NCBI GenBank assembly: GCA_903851235.1
Contig: CAINNR010000008.1
Coordinates: forward strand, 1 to 57,516
Direction: 5' to 3'
Source of the DNA: an uncultured Candidatus Berkelbacteria bacterium
Lineage (GTDB): Bacteria > Patescibacteriota > UBA1384 > XYA2-FULL-43-10 > CAINNR01
DNA: 57,516 bases
The notes below the pieces were generated by a model. It did not search any database. It was not told the DNA's origin and saw only the letters and a list, made by a program, of their open reading frames with translations. This document shows, piece by piece, positions 48,442-57,060 of the stretch. The position numbers and the translations under genes are program-made. Within the stretch, counting starts at the first letter, position 1. Every line of letters begins with the position of its first letter.

Positions 48442-48470
48442 AGCGGTGTCCAATTGGATTGCCGCTATTT
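48442..48470 (+). terminator. AGCGGTGTCC-loop-GGATTGCCGCT hairpin
   Basis: Shared motif; lies between convergent genes. Confidence 0.7.
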
Positions 48471-48473
48471 TAT

Positions 48474-48884
48474 TTAGTTCTTCTTATAGTTCCCATAGTC
48501 GCCTTGATTTTCATTGCGATCGCCATTTTTAAGTAAAGTGGCGCCAATTTTGAATTTTCGAATTTTACCCTCGGCATCAAGAAATTCCTCTTTGTTTGAT
48601 TTTTGGTAGAAATCCAAAAGTTCAGCCGAAAGAATATCTTTCAGTACCGACAAATCCAACTGGTTGTTTTTTATCGTCTCGGTCAAAGTTTGATTTTCCG
48701 GCATACTGAGAAGCTGATCCTTAATCGCTTTCTTCTTCAGATTAGCGGTTTTTGCTTCGTCTTGGGCTTGAACATACTCCAAATCGTTTTCCAACTGTTG
48801 TTTAATCGCGTCCTTGGCGGCTTTAATCTCCGCTTGATTTTTTTCCAACTCGGCGATTCTTGCCTGAATTTGTGAATTCTCCAT
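48474..48884 (-). CDS. Hypothetical coiled-coil protein
   Basis: 136-aa ORF rich in E/K/Q heptads. Confidence 0.8.
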   Translation of the reverse strand: MENSQIQARIAELEKNQAEIKAAKDAIKQQLENDLEYVQAQDEAKTANLKKKAIKDQLLSMPENQTLTETIKNNQLDLSVLKDILSAELLDFYQKSNKEEFLDAEGKIRKFKIGATLLKNGDRNENQGDYGNYKKN

Positions 48885-49107
48885 AATTATTTCTAGTTAA
48901 TGATTGATAAATGAAATTGCAACAGTTTATGGCTTGCCATTAGCTTAGGCGCAGTTTACAGCCACTCAAAGTTTTCCCTAAAAACTGATATTTGTTGGCC
49001 GATTTGCCATAACTTTCGCCAAATTTTGTATCCGATCTTAGCATAGCACTTTGCGCTCGGCTGATAAACCGTTTCGGTCTCAAGTTTTCAGTTTGAAACT
49101 GTTTTTT

Positions 49108-49926
49108 TCAGATTTCTTCCCAAATCTGACCGCCAACACCATGTTCTATAATCAGGTCGATGGTCGTAAATTGGATATGAAGATCGTCCGGATTGTCCTC
49201 GTCCTCCAGCAATCTTTTGGCCATCCGTTTCGAATAAATCAAGGTCGGGAGGTTGGGACAGACGATCATAATCGTTGGGAAGGTTTTGTTAATTTCATCC
49301 CACTCGTAGCCATTGTAAAGCTCGATGAAATTTTTAACCTGTCGCCTGATCGAAAAGCGAGGTAGAGTCGGCGCTATTAGGGCAAAAAGAAAGTAGTCTG
49401 ATTTTGTTCGATTGCCGGTTTTCTTTTTCTTCAGTCTCTTAATCACCAGATCGGTTTTGTACTGCGATAAAAAGTTAAAACGGTATTCGGGATCGGCCAG
49501 GTCGGTGGAAGTGGCAACCAAATAACTAAGCTCATATTCTTCCTCGGACTTTCGGCTTTGAATTGCCGCAGCTTTGAGATCCAAAACGATTTTGCCGACA
49601 AGAATGGATTTTTCAATAAAGTCATTTGAGCGGTCTTTGAGCCGATAGAATGTTCCAAGTACCTCCAGCGAACAATCAACCTGGGTTTTTAGAAATCTTA
49701 TGCCATTTAACCCCAGATAGTAGATCGCCGGCTTGGTATTTTCTCCAAATTTATTCGAGTAAATTCGATTAAGGAAGTCTTTTTGTCTTAGGTCGCCTAA
49801 CCAATCGTTGACTCTTTTGTGGTATTTATGATTAAGGAAGATTTGAATTTGTTTTCGGTTTAGGAATTTGTATTTATAGAGCAGTTTGAGTATTTCTTGT
49901 TGTTTTGTAGTTATCTTGTTAGCCAT
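49108..49926 (-). CDS. Replication-relaxation (Replic_Relax-like) family protein
   Basis: ITTKQQEILKLLYKYKFLNRKQI winged-HTH, PAIYYLGLNG, TDL and FPTIMIVCP nuclease-like core. Confidence 0.78.
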   Translation of the reverse strand: MANKITTKQQEILKLLYKYKFLNRKQIQIFLNHKYHKRVNDWLGDLRQKDFLNRIYSNKFGENTKPAIYYLGLNGIRFLKTQVDCSLEVLGTFYRLKDRSNDFIEKSILVGKIVLDLKAAAIQSRKSEEEYELSYLVATSTDLADPEYRFNFLSQYKTDLVIKRLKKKKTGNRTKSDYFLFALIAPTLPRFSIRRQVKNFIELYNGYEWDEINKTFPTIMIVCPNLPTLIYSKRMAKRLLEDEDNPDDLHIQFTTIDLIIEHGVGGQIWEEI

Positions 49927-50135
49927 GGTTTCTTGGATTAGTTTTTTCGTTTGCGTATTTACCGTTATTACCTACACCGACCAAACCTATATTTGTGAAG
50001 GTAGATGACACAAATCTTCTATATTTAATATCAAATTAGACAGATTTTAGTATCAGCTCGCTGATACAATAATGCCGGCGATTTTTTAGCCTGTTTCAGC
50101 CTAATAAAAGATTTAAGAGCTGAAGTTGTTAGACT

Positions 50136-50211
50136 TGGTCGGGGTGACCTGACTTGAACAGGCGACCTCGCGCACCCCATGCGCGCGCGCTACCAACTGC
50201 GCCACACCCCG
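50136..50211 (-). tRNA. tRNA-Pro(GGG)
   Basis: Full cloverleaf CGGGGTG...anticodon loop ATGGGGT...TTCAAGT...CACCCCGACCA. Confidence 0.96.
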
Positions 50212-50597
50212 AAAGTTCCACCCGACGATAAATTGGACTTATGATATATAAGTGGGCGCCTCAGCTGAAAAATCACGGTTAATCAGCAATATTGAACCAA
50301 CCTTTATCTCATCTTGCGATGAGATATCAGCGTCCGGACTCGCCGAAGCGAGACGGAGCCCGATGTAAAATAAATTGTGGTCCAATTTATAAAATCGGAT
50401 AGAACAAAATTATCGTAGCAAAAAAATATAATTACTTATAGTCGGAGAGATATTAAATACCCCGGGTTTAGGTCGCAGGTGACATAACAGCCGATTTACT
50501 CTGTCTGCGGCTATGTTATTTGTTTCGGCCTTACGGGCATGAGTTTTTCTGTTATAAAAAAAAGCCCGAAATAGTTGCTAAATTATCCGAGGCGACT

Positions 50598-50759
50598 TTA
50601 CTTGTCTTCTTTATTTGCCGTGCGCAAACAACGGGTGCAAAGAGTTGTACCCGCGACTTTTTGTAAATTTGGTTTGAAAAATCTTTTGGTGTGCCGTTGC
50701 GAGTGGGAAACATTCGAGCCGACAACTTTGGATTTTCCGCAAATTGAGCAGATAGCCAT
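50598..50759 (-). CDS. rpmB: 50S ribosomal protein L28 (zinc-binding form); not in the supplied ORF track
   Basis: Manual translation [53 protein letters not shown]. Confidence 0.95.
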   Translation of the reverse strand: MAICSICGKSKVVGSNVSHSQRHTKRFFKPNLQKVAGTTLCTRCLRTANKEDK

Positions 50760-50904
50760 TTTTTTAAGAATTATGAATTATGAGCTATAAGTTATGGCTG
50801 ATCCGTTGACCCGTAGCTCATAACTGACAAATCGTGATTCAAAATAGTATTAAAACATGCTACAATACTCTCATATGTTAACAGAAATAAATAACTAAAT
50901 CAAG

Positions 50905-51552
50905 ATGTTTCTATTGAATTTGATTTCACAACCGGTTTTTGCCATCTCCGCCATTGTCGGCCTGCTTTTGGCGATTACCTTTCACGAATTCGCCCATGCT
51001 TGGATGGCGAATTATTTAGGCGATCCGACAGCAAAAAATTTAGGTCGGCTGACACTAAACCCGTTTAAACACTTGGATCCGTTGGGGACGCTGTTTTTGC
51101 TCGTTGCCGGCTTTGGCTGGGGAAAACCGGTGCCGTACAATCCGAGTAATTTAAAATCCGACGCCGATGAAGTCAAAGTCGCACTCGCCGGAGTTACCGC
51201 TAACTTAATTTTGGCGCTAATTTTGGGCATTCCGCTGCGGATTGCGACGGCGATGCATGTCGCAATCGACTCAAATCTTTGGCTCTTGGCAGTGGAAATT
51301 TTGCTTGAAATGAACTTGGTGTTGATCGCCTTCAATATCATTCCGATTCCACCACTTGACGGCTCGAAGTTGATTTTCCCTTTCATTAGCTTTGATGCCA
51401 GAGTAACCTTTGAACGTTTTGGCCCGATAATACTATTAGGACTGATTATCGCCAGTAATTTTTTCGGCTCGCCGTTTTTGGTCAGCTTTATGGAGCCGAT
51501 TATTCGAGTTCTGTCCTTTGTGGCCAAAGGAACTTATACCGCGATCTTCTAG
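50905..51552 (+). CDS. Site-2 protease (peptidase M50)
   Basis: HEFAH, GRLTLNP, GWGKPVP, FNIIPIPPLDG. Confidence 0.95.
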   Translation: MFLLNLISQPVFAISAIVGLLLAITFHEFAHAWMANYLGDPTAKNLGRLTLNPFKHLDPLGTLFLLVAGFGWGKPVPYNPSNLKSDADEVKVALAGVTANLILALILGIPLRIATAMHVAIDSNLWLLAVEILLEMNLVLIAFNIIPIPPLDGSKLIFPFISFDARVTFERFGPIILLGLIIASNFFGSPFLVSFMEPIIRVLSFVAKGTYTAIF

Positions 51553-51614
51553 ATCGCAATTTTCAATTATATATATATATTTCCAAATTTGGGCGGTTTT
51601 TTTGAATAAAAAAA

Positions 51615-51645
51615 AGCCGGTGGCCACAATGTCGTGGTCACCGGT
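51615..51645 (-). terminator. CCGGTGGCCAC/GTGGTCACCGG hairpin with A-tract on its left
   Basis: Terminator of the minus-strand gene; resembles the AGCGGTGGCC motif. Confidence 0.7.
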
Positions 51646-51679
51646 GTGTTGCGTGTGTTGCGTGGGGTTTGGGCCCAGG

Positions 51680-52408
51680 CTACTTCTTGGGCAGGGTCAG
51701 GCCGTACTTGGCGGCCAGCGTACTGGCCGAGGCCGCGAAGGCCTGCCTGCGCATCTCCGGAATGATGGTCTTGGCCTTGATGGCCTCGACCCGGGCACTC
51801 AGTGCCCCGGTCGCCGACTTCACCTTGTCGACGTCATCGTTCAGCAGCCCGGCCAAGATGGCCTGTGCCGCCTCCCGCGACTCCTTGTCGGCCTGCTTCG
51901 TGTCGACCTCGGTCCAGGCGGCCAGGGCCGCGTCGGCCATGGCCTCAACACTGTTGGTGAAGCCCGAGATCTTGTCCGCCGCGATGGTCTCGGCCTTGGG
52001 CCGAGAGACAACTGCGTGGTAGTAGCCCGAGATCCAGTCCGTCGTGTTGTCCTTCCCCGCCGACTGGCGAGAGACGCTGACGCGGATGATCATGCCCGGC
52101 ACGGGCGTCACATCCTGGCGGTCCATCCCGCCCGTGGTGAAGGGGATGATGAAGACCGACTCACCCTCAATCGGGTGTCCCTCACCGTCGTTGGTGTCGC
52201 CGCGGGTATCGACCCCGACGTACTCAACAACGGTTCCGAAGCCGATCGGCTTCTGGTTCCTGTCAACCCGAACCTTGTCGAACTCGACAAGTGCGATGAA
52301 GCGCTTGCGCGGGGCGTTGAAATCCTCGACATCGAAGTTCTCCTCAGTTGCAGGAGTCTCCTCATCTGCAACTCCGGCTGCGACCAATCCAGCGGCTAAG
52401 GTCGTCAT
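51680..52408 (-). CDS. GC-rich hypothetical protein, possible OB/cold-shock-like domain plus helical C-terminus
   Basis: TTGACA-N17-TACAAT promoter (52498-52470), GAAAGGA RBS; KPIGFGTV and SVFIIPF resemble RNP1/RNP2. Confidence 0.7.
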   Translation of the reverse strand: MTTLAAGLVAAGVADEETPATEENFDVEDFNAPRKRFIALVEFDKVRVDRNQKPIGFGTVVEYVGVDTRGDTNDGEGHPIEGESVFIIPFTTGGMDRQDVTPVPGMIIRVSVSRQSAGKDNTTDWISGYYHAVVSRPKAETIAADKISGFTNSVEAMADAALAAWTEVDTKQADKESREAAQAILAGLLNDDVDKVKSATGALSARVEAIKAKTIIPEMRRQAFAASASTLAAKYGLTLPKK

Positions 52409-52557
52409 CTTTGAACAACCGTCCTTTCGATTGGCGACTGTACGACGAGTTTTTTACAATGACAACAAGATTGTAGCATATAATAAAAAAAATGTCAATA
52501 CCATTTAGCATTTTATTGCAATTTGGTATTGACATTCGGTTGGCGCCGTTCTGGCGC

Positions 52558-53898
52558 TTAGATTACGATTGGTTCGTTATCGGAGACGATTAAGACGTCG
52601 AGCTCCGGGTTTGTTGAATGGACTGCCTTGCCGAGTTGCACTCGGCTTGGCCGATCGCCGTGAATTGGCATCAACCTTTGGGGTTGAATCGTTTCGGTCG
52701 CTCTCTTCAAGCCATCAATCATCTCATGACCGGAAACGTGAATCTCCGGAGACTCTTTCGTTGTGATGACCTCGCAACCGATGGTTTTGATTCTTGATAC
52801 CATCAGTTCAATATTCACGTCATTCCCGGGAATCGGATTTGACGCAATAATCACAACGTCGGACGGCTGAAGTTCAAGCCAATCGCTTTGTCCAAGGGAG
52901 GCTTTGTTTAAGACCGCAGTCTTCTCCGCTTGGCCACCGGTGACAAAGATCACTTCTTGGCCGTCGGCATAATGCGATTGGTCGCCCAAGACGCCGAACA
53001 GGTCAAAGAAGAAACTCATCGCCACTCCGCGGCAGCTGCATTGCCGGCCGCCGAGTTCATTGGCGGCGATTGCAATGTCGCTGGCATCCTCGAACGCCGA
53101 GGAAAACATTGCGATAATGATTCGGCGGTCTTTGTACTTCTCCGCCGTCAGAATTCGTTCAAATGTCGCTCTAGTTCGGGTAACGCTAGGAGTCTGACCC
53201 TCCATTTTCGCGTTAGTCGAATCCATCAACAACAGGTCGATGTTGGTCCGGGCGAGTTTTTCGAAAAGAACTTGGGCCTCGGAGTACTCAATCCAGTTGT
53301 TCCTCATCCACTTAAAGTCGGAGAGGTACATAATTCTCTTCTTGCAGGCCTCGATGACCAAGCACACCGAGCCCGGGATTGAGTGGATTACCGGATAGGC
53401 TTCAATCTTAAACCGACCGATACTCTGTTGATCGTTTAGCAACTGGAAGGTTGTCAGTTTTGACAATTGATCGGCTTTGTAGCCGGCATTTGCCAGAACT
53501 TTTTCCAGCACCACAAAGGTTACCGGTGTAGCAAGGATCAGAAGCGGAATTTCCCGTTCTCCGCGCAACTCCAAGAGTTTCGGTATTGCCAGGATGTGAT
53601 CGTAGTGGCCATGCGACAAAACAACTGCCACCAGACGGTCGAAATTGATGGCGTCGAAATTCGGGTAGAGACTTGCTTTCTCCTTCTCGAAGTTGTCATC
53701 ACCGACGATTTTTCCACAATCGATCAATAGCTGATCACCATTTGGAAGAGTGATCAGTACGCAGTTTTGTCCGCCGATTTTCTTTAAACCACCCAACGAC
53801 GTAACTTCTACACCAGCACTGTCAAGTGAGTATTTTCTGACGATTTCAAGCACAGTTCTAGTATTGAGTGTCGGTCCTCGGTTGAGCAACTTCTTCAC
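52558..53898 (-). CDS. RNase J-like MBL/beta-CASP metallo-hydrolase (short, divergent)
   Basis: LIDCG, HGHYDH, HSIP, SDFK, DSTNA, HVSGH, PIHGD; own promoter TTGACA-N17-TACAAT (53986-53958). Confidence 0.88.
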   Translation of the reverse strand: MKKLLNRGPTLNTRTVLEIVRKYSLDSAGVEVTSLGGLKKIGGQNCVLITLPNGDQLLIDCGKIVGDDNFEKEKASLYPNFDAINFDRLVAVVLSHGHYDHILAIPKLLELRGEREIPLLILATPVTFVVLEKVLANAGYKADQLSKLTTFQLLNDQQSIGRFKIEAYPVIHSIPGSVCLVIEACKKRIMYLSDFKWMRNNWIEYSEAQVLFEKLARTNIDLLLMDSTNAKMEGQTPSVTRTRATFERILTAEKYKDRRIIIAMFSSAFEDASDIAIAANELGGRQCSCRGVAMSFFFDLFGVLGDQSHYADGQEVIFVTGGQAEKTAVLNKASLGQSDWLELQPSDVVIIASNPIPGNDVNIELMVSRIKTIGCEVITTKESPEIHVSGHEMIDGLKRATETIQPQRLMPIHGDRPSRVQLGKAVHSTNPELDVLIVSDNEPIVI

Positions 53899-54052
53899 TC
53901 CTTGTCTTGTCTTGCGACATGTATACGTTCACGAATGGCTGTGATTCCGTCTGAAGTATTGTATAACAAAAAAAACACTCTGTCAAGAGGTTTTGCAATT
54001 TTTTAAAAAAAATTAGCTCAAATCAAACAAAAGTTTAAATTTCTGCCTTCGA

Positions 54053-54388
54053 TCATGTCGGGAGTGACAAACCGGCTTCGGCTATCAATTTATCGCGTTT
54101 TTCGATTTCCTGCTTAAAGCAATCCTCGCAAAGAATATCGTCGGACTTCGGTTCGAAGGGGACTTCGGCTTTTCGCTTACATTTTTTGCATCTGATCCAA
54201 TTCATCGGGTGTTTTTCCCGCAGTACAGCTTTATATTTTTCGGCGCACGGTTTGCACCGCTTGGGAACATTCTGTAAACCTTTATCGTGAAAAAACTGTT
54301 GCTCGCCAACAGTCCAAATGAATTTGTCGCCACAGTCCTTGCAGTTTAGCACTTGGTCTTCAAATTGTTTCTGATTAGTTTCCATCAT
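54053..54388 (-). CDS. Zinc-ribbon protein (zf-trcl-like plus CxxC-x17-CxxC)
   Basis: CKDCGDKFIWTVGEQQFF...PKRCKPC; CKKC...CEDC. Confidence 0.88.
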   Translation of the reverse strand: MMETNQKQFEDQVLNCKDCGDKFIWTVGEQQFFHDKGLQNVPKRCKPCAEKYKAVLREKHPMNWIRCKKCKRKAEVPFEPKSDDILCEDCFKQEIEKRDKLIAEAGLSLPT

Positions 54389-54452
54389 ATAAATAGTATC
54401 GCTAATTGATTTTGTTGTCAATCGAAGCGAAATCTGATAAATTTTGAATAGG

Positions 54453-55148
54453 ATGGATAATAATCAGTTAGAAACTAATAGCAAGTCCAGGTCATATGTT
54501 TTTTATGGTTCGAATTCGGATATTTCCTATACTGCGGCGAAAGATTTTGCCAAAGATGCCGGCGTTTCCGAATTCGATATTATCGAAGTCGAACCGGAGA
54601 TCAGAGAGAAAAATTCCAAAGGCGAGATTGGCGTCAAACAAATCAGAGAAATGATTCGGCAAATAAACTTGACTCCGGGTCACGGTAGCGGTAAAATGGC
54701 GATAATCAGGGAAGCCGATAAATTAGGGGTTGAAGCGGCAAACACACTGCTAAAAACATTAGAAGAACCGCCGAAAACAGCGACGATTATTCTTTTGTCA
54801 TCAGACCTGAAACTTCTGCCGACGATCCTTTCACGTTGCCAAATACTCCGACAATCTGATAAATTAACGCCGGCGGATGAAGAGATTTTAGCCGATTTTC
54901 GTCAAGCAATTTCCGGCAATTTAAAAAAAGCTTTTAAAAATGCCGAAAAGATGAGCACCGATGAAGATCTTGATGGAAAATTGAACACGATTCTGGCTTC
55001 ACTGCGGAATCAACTTTTCGCTGATGCCAATATTGATAAAATCAGAGTGATGAAATCGATTTTCGCGGCTAAAAAAAATCTAAAAGTCACAACCAACAAA
55101 AGATTAATTTTGGAAAACTTGTTCTTAAGTATCAAATATAGGTCGTAA
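54453..55148 (+). CDS. holB: DNA polymerase III delta' subunit (short)
   Basis: IGVKQIR, AANTLLKTLEEPP, LLPTILSRC. Confidence 0.9.
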   Translation: MDNNQLETNSKSRSYVFYGSNSDISYTAAKDFAKDAGVSEFDIIEVEPEIREKNSKGEIGVKQIREMIRQINLTPGHGSGKMAIIREADKLGVEAANTLLKTLEEPPKTATIILLSSDLKLLPTILSRCQILRQSDKLTPADEEILADFRQAISGNLKKAFKNAEKMSTDEDLDGKLNTILASLRNQLFADANIDKIRVMKSIFAAKKNLKVTTNKRLILENLFLSIKYRS

Positions 55149-55178
55149 GTCAGAAGGTGAATCATTTAAGCTAAAAAT

Positions 55179-55982
55179 ATGGCTAAAATTGCAATTAAAA
55201 TAAAAAGTACTGGGCAAATTATCGAAGTTGAGAGCGGGAAATTGAAGTTTTCCGTTGGCGATTGGATTTTAGTTGAAACCCGCGAATGCAAGGAAGTTGC
55301 GATTGTTGTTGATAGTGAAAAACTAAAAGATGGAAGACCCGAGGAGGAATCTGACGATATTGAAGTTGAAATTATTCGAAAGTTAAATGAAAAGGATACA
55401 GAGCAAAATCGGCAGTTTAAAAAAATGGCCCAGGGATTAATCCCGGAGTGTCAGAAAAAGATCGAGTCGCACAATTTGCCAATGGAATTGATGGATGCTG
55501 AATTGTCATTCGACGAAAAGAAATTGACCTTCTATTTTTCTGCTGAGGGCAGAGTTGATTTTCGTTCGCTGGTCTCCGATTTGGCATCAACATTTAATAA
55601 ACTGATCAGGTTGCAACAAGTTGGAAGTCGGGACGAAGCGAGATTTATCGGTGGTTGCGGCCGCTGTGGTCAAGTGATTTGTTGCCGCCGGTTTCTGAAG
55701 GGCGATTTGGATTCAGTGACACTGGAAATGGCCCAGATTCAAGGGTTGGCAACAATGGGATCAAATCGAATCACCGGCTGTTGCGGTAAACTGATGTGCT
55801 GTTTGTCTTATGAATTAGAGGAATACAAGGAATCGGCAAAAGATTTGCCAAAATTGGGCGAGACGATCAAAACTGAAAAGGGCATGGGAATTGTTATTTC
55901 GCAAAACGTTTTGGCCAAAAAGGTTTTGGTAGAAATCGAAGACGGAACAAAATTGGAGGTACAGTGCTCGAAATTGCAATAA
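55179..55982 (+). CDS. ricT: PSP1-domain protein RicT/YaaT
   Basis: FYFSAEGRVDFR, RLQQVGSRDEA, CGRCGQVICC, GCCGKLMCCLSYE; downstream of holB. Confidence 0.92.
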   Translation: MAKIAIKIKSTGQIIEVESGKLKFSVGDWILVETRECKEVAIVVDSEKLKDGRPEEESDDIEVEIIRKLNEKDTEQNRQFKKMAQGLIPECQKKIESHNLPMELMDAELSFDEKKLTFYFSAEGRVDFRSLVSDLASTFNKLIRLQQVGSRDEARFIGGCGRCGQVICCRRFLKGDLDSVTLEMAQIQGLATMGSNRITGCCGKLMCCLSYELEEYKESAKDLPKLGETIKTEKGMGIVISQNVLAKKVLVEIEDGTKLEVQCSKLQ

Positions 55983-56665
55983 TAGTTTGTGTTGCGGCGG
56001 TTTTCATCATTGTCGCTGTCCGTTTTCCCAAAACGGCGAATTTATCATCTGCCAGAAAAGAAAAAATGCTGGGTGATGATGTAATTTTGGAAGCAAAAAA
56101 GATCTTGAATGAAAAGTCTATGGAGGAGTTGCCTGAAATTACCTCGGAAGCAGACGAACTTGATGTTTACACCGATGAAGTTTCAGAGCTGTTGAAGTCG
56201 GCGAGAGATAAAATTGAAAGTGGAAAATATGCTTCGGCTGAGAATATATTGATCGATGCGATTTGCAAGGACAGTAAATGTGCTTGGGCCTACGAGCGAC
56301 TCGGTTTCATTTATTTGATGATCGGCAAAAATCTCTCCGATGCCGCTGAATCATTTATTATGGCGACCAAATTGGACCCGAACAACGATCGAGCCTGGTT
56401 CGGTCTGGGGCAAATTTATTTTACCGAAGGGCATTATAATAAAGCGATTGATGTTTTCACTAAAGCGGTGAATATTTCGCGGACAGATCCGGAGTATCTT
56501 GCGTTTTTAGGCAAAGCTTATATGGAAATTCGTCAGTATGGCAAAGCCTCAAAATCATTGAAGCGAGCCGCGTCGTTGGAAATTTCCAATCAGGAATATA
56601 AAGAATTGGCATCAATTGCCGAAGATAAACACCGCGAGCATTCTCGTACATCAAAGTTGAGTTGA
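55964..56665 (+). CDS. TPR-repeat protein with N-terminal membrane anchor
   Basis: Hydrophobic N-terminus; TPR motifs (AWFGLGQIYFTEGHYNKAIDVF, YLAFLGKAY). Confidence 0.85.
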   Translation: MLEIAIIVCVAAVFIIVAVRFPKTANLSSARKEKMLGDDVILEAKKILNEKSMEELPEITSEADELDVYTDEVSELLKSARDKIESGKYASAENILIDAICKDSKCAWAYERLGFIYLMIGKNLSDAAESFIMATKLDPNNDRAWFGLGQIYFTEGHYNKAIDVFTKAVNISRTDPEYLAFLGKAYMEIRQYGKASKSLKRAASLEISNQEYKELASIAEDKHREHSRTSKLS

Positions 56666-56741
56666 AATTAATCTTCGATTCTGGTAGAATACTGAGTTAT
56701 TAGGGGCAATTTTTGTTTTGGTCTGCATCTGTATCACTGAT

Positions 56742-56817
56742 GCCCAGATAGCTCAGTTGGTAGAGCAACTCCATGGTAAGGAGTAGGTCGTCGGTTCAAG
56801 TCCGATTCTGGGCTCCA
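56742..56817 (+). tRNA. tRNA-Thr(GGT)
   Basis: Cloverleaf GCCCAGA...ATGGTAA...GGTTCAAGTCC...TCTGGGCTCCA. Confidence 0.96.
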
Positions 56818-56837
56818 TGATAAATTTAAGATTATTT

Positions 56838-56923
56838 GCTGGGATAGCGAAGTGGTCAAACGCATTAGACTGTAAATCTAACGGCTTACGCCTTCGTAGG
56901 TTCGAGTCCTACTCCCAGCACCA
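56838..56923 (+). tRNA. tRNA-Tyr(GTA)
   Basis: Cloverleaf with long variable arm, loop CTGTAAA, CCA end. Confidence 0.96.
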
Positions 56924-56925
56924 TT

Positions 56926-57001
56926 GCCGATATAGCTCAGTTGGTAGAGCAACACTTTTGTAAAGTGAAGGTCGTGGGTTCGAATCCCTCTATCGGCTCC
57001 A
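56926..57001 (+). tRNA. tRNA-Thr(TGT)
   Basis: GCCGATA acceptor stem, loop TTTGTAA, GGTTCGAATCC, CCA end. Confidence 0.94.
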
Positions 57002-57060
57002 TACCACCAAAATTGGCTCGGAAACACTATGTTTAAAGAAAAAACTAAGAAAGGATATTT

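Noticed and set aside
45873-48470. Canonical integron attC sites
   Set aside because: No RYYYAAC...GTTRRRY boxes and no IntI gene; kept only as a functional analogy
45500-50211. Prophage or intact integrative element at tRNA-Pro
   Set aside because: No integrase, no phage structural genes, and no duplicated tRNA 3' end found
50521-50548. Hammerhead ribozyme on the minus strand (…CTCATGCCCGTAAGGCCGAAAC)
   Set aside because: The catalytic core CUGAUGA is not matched
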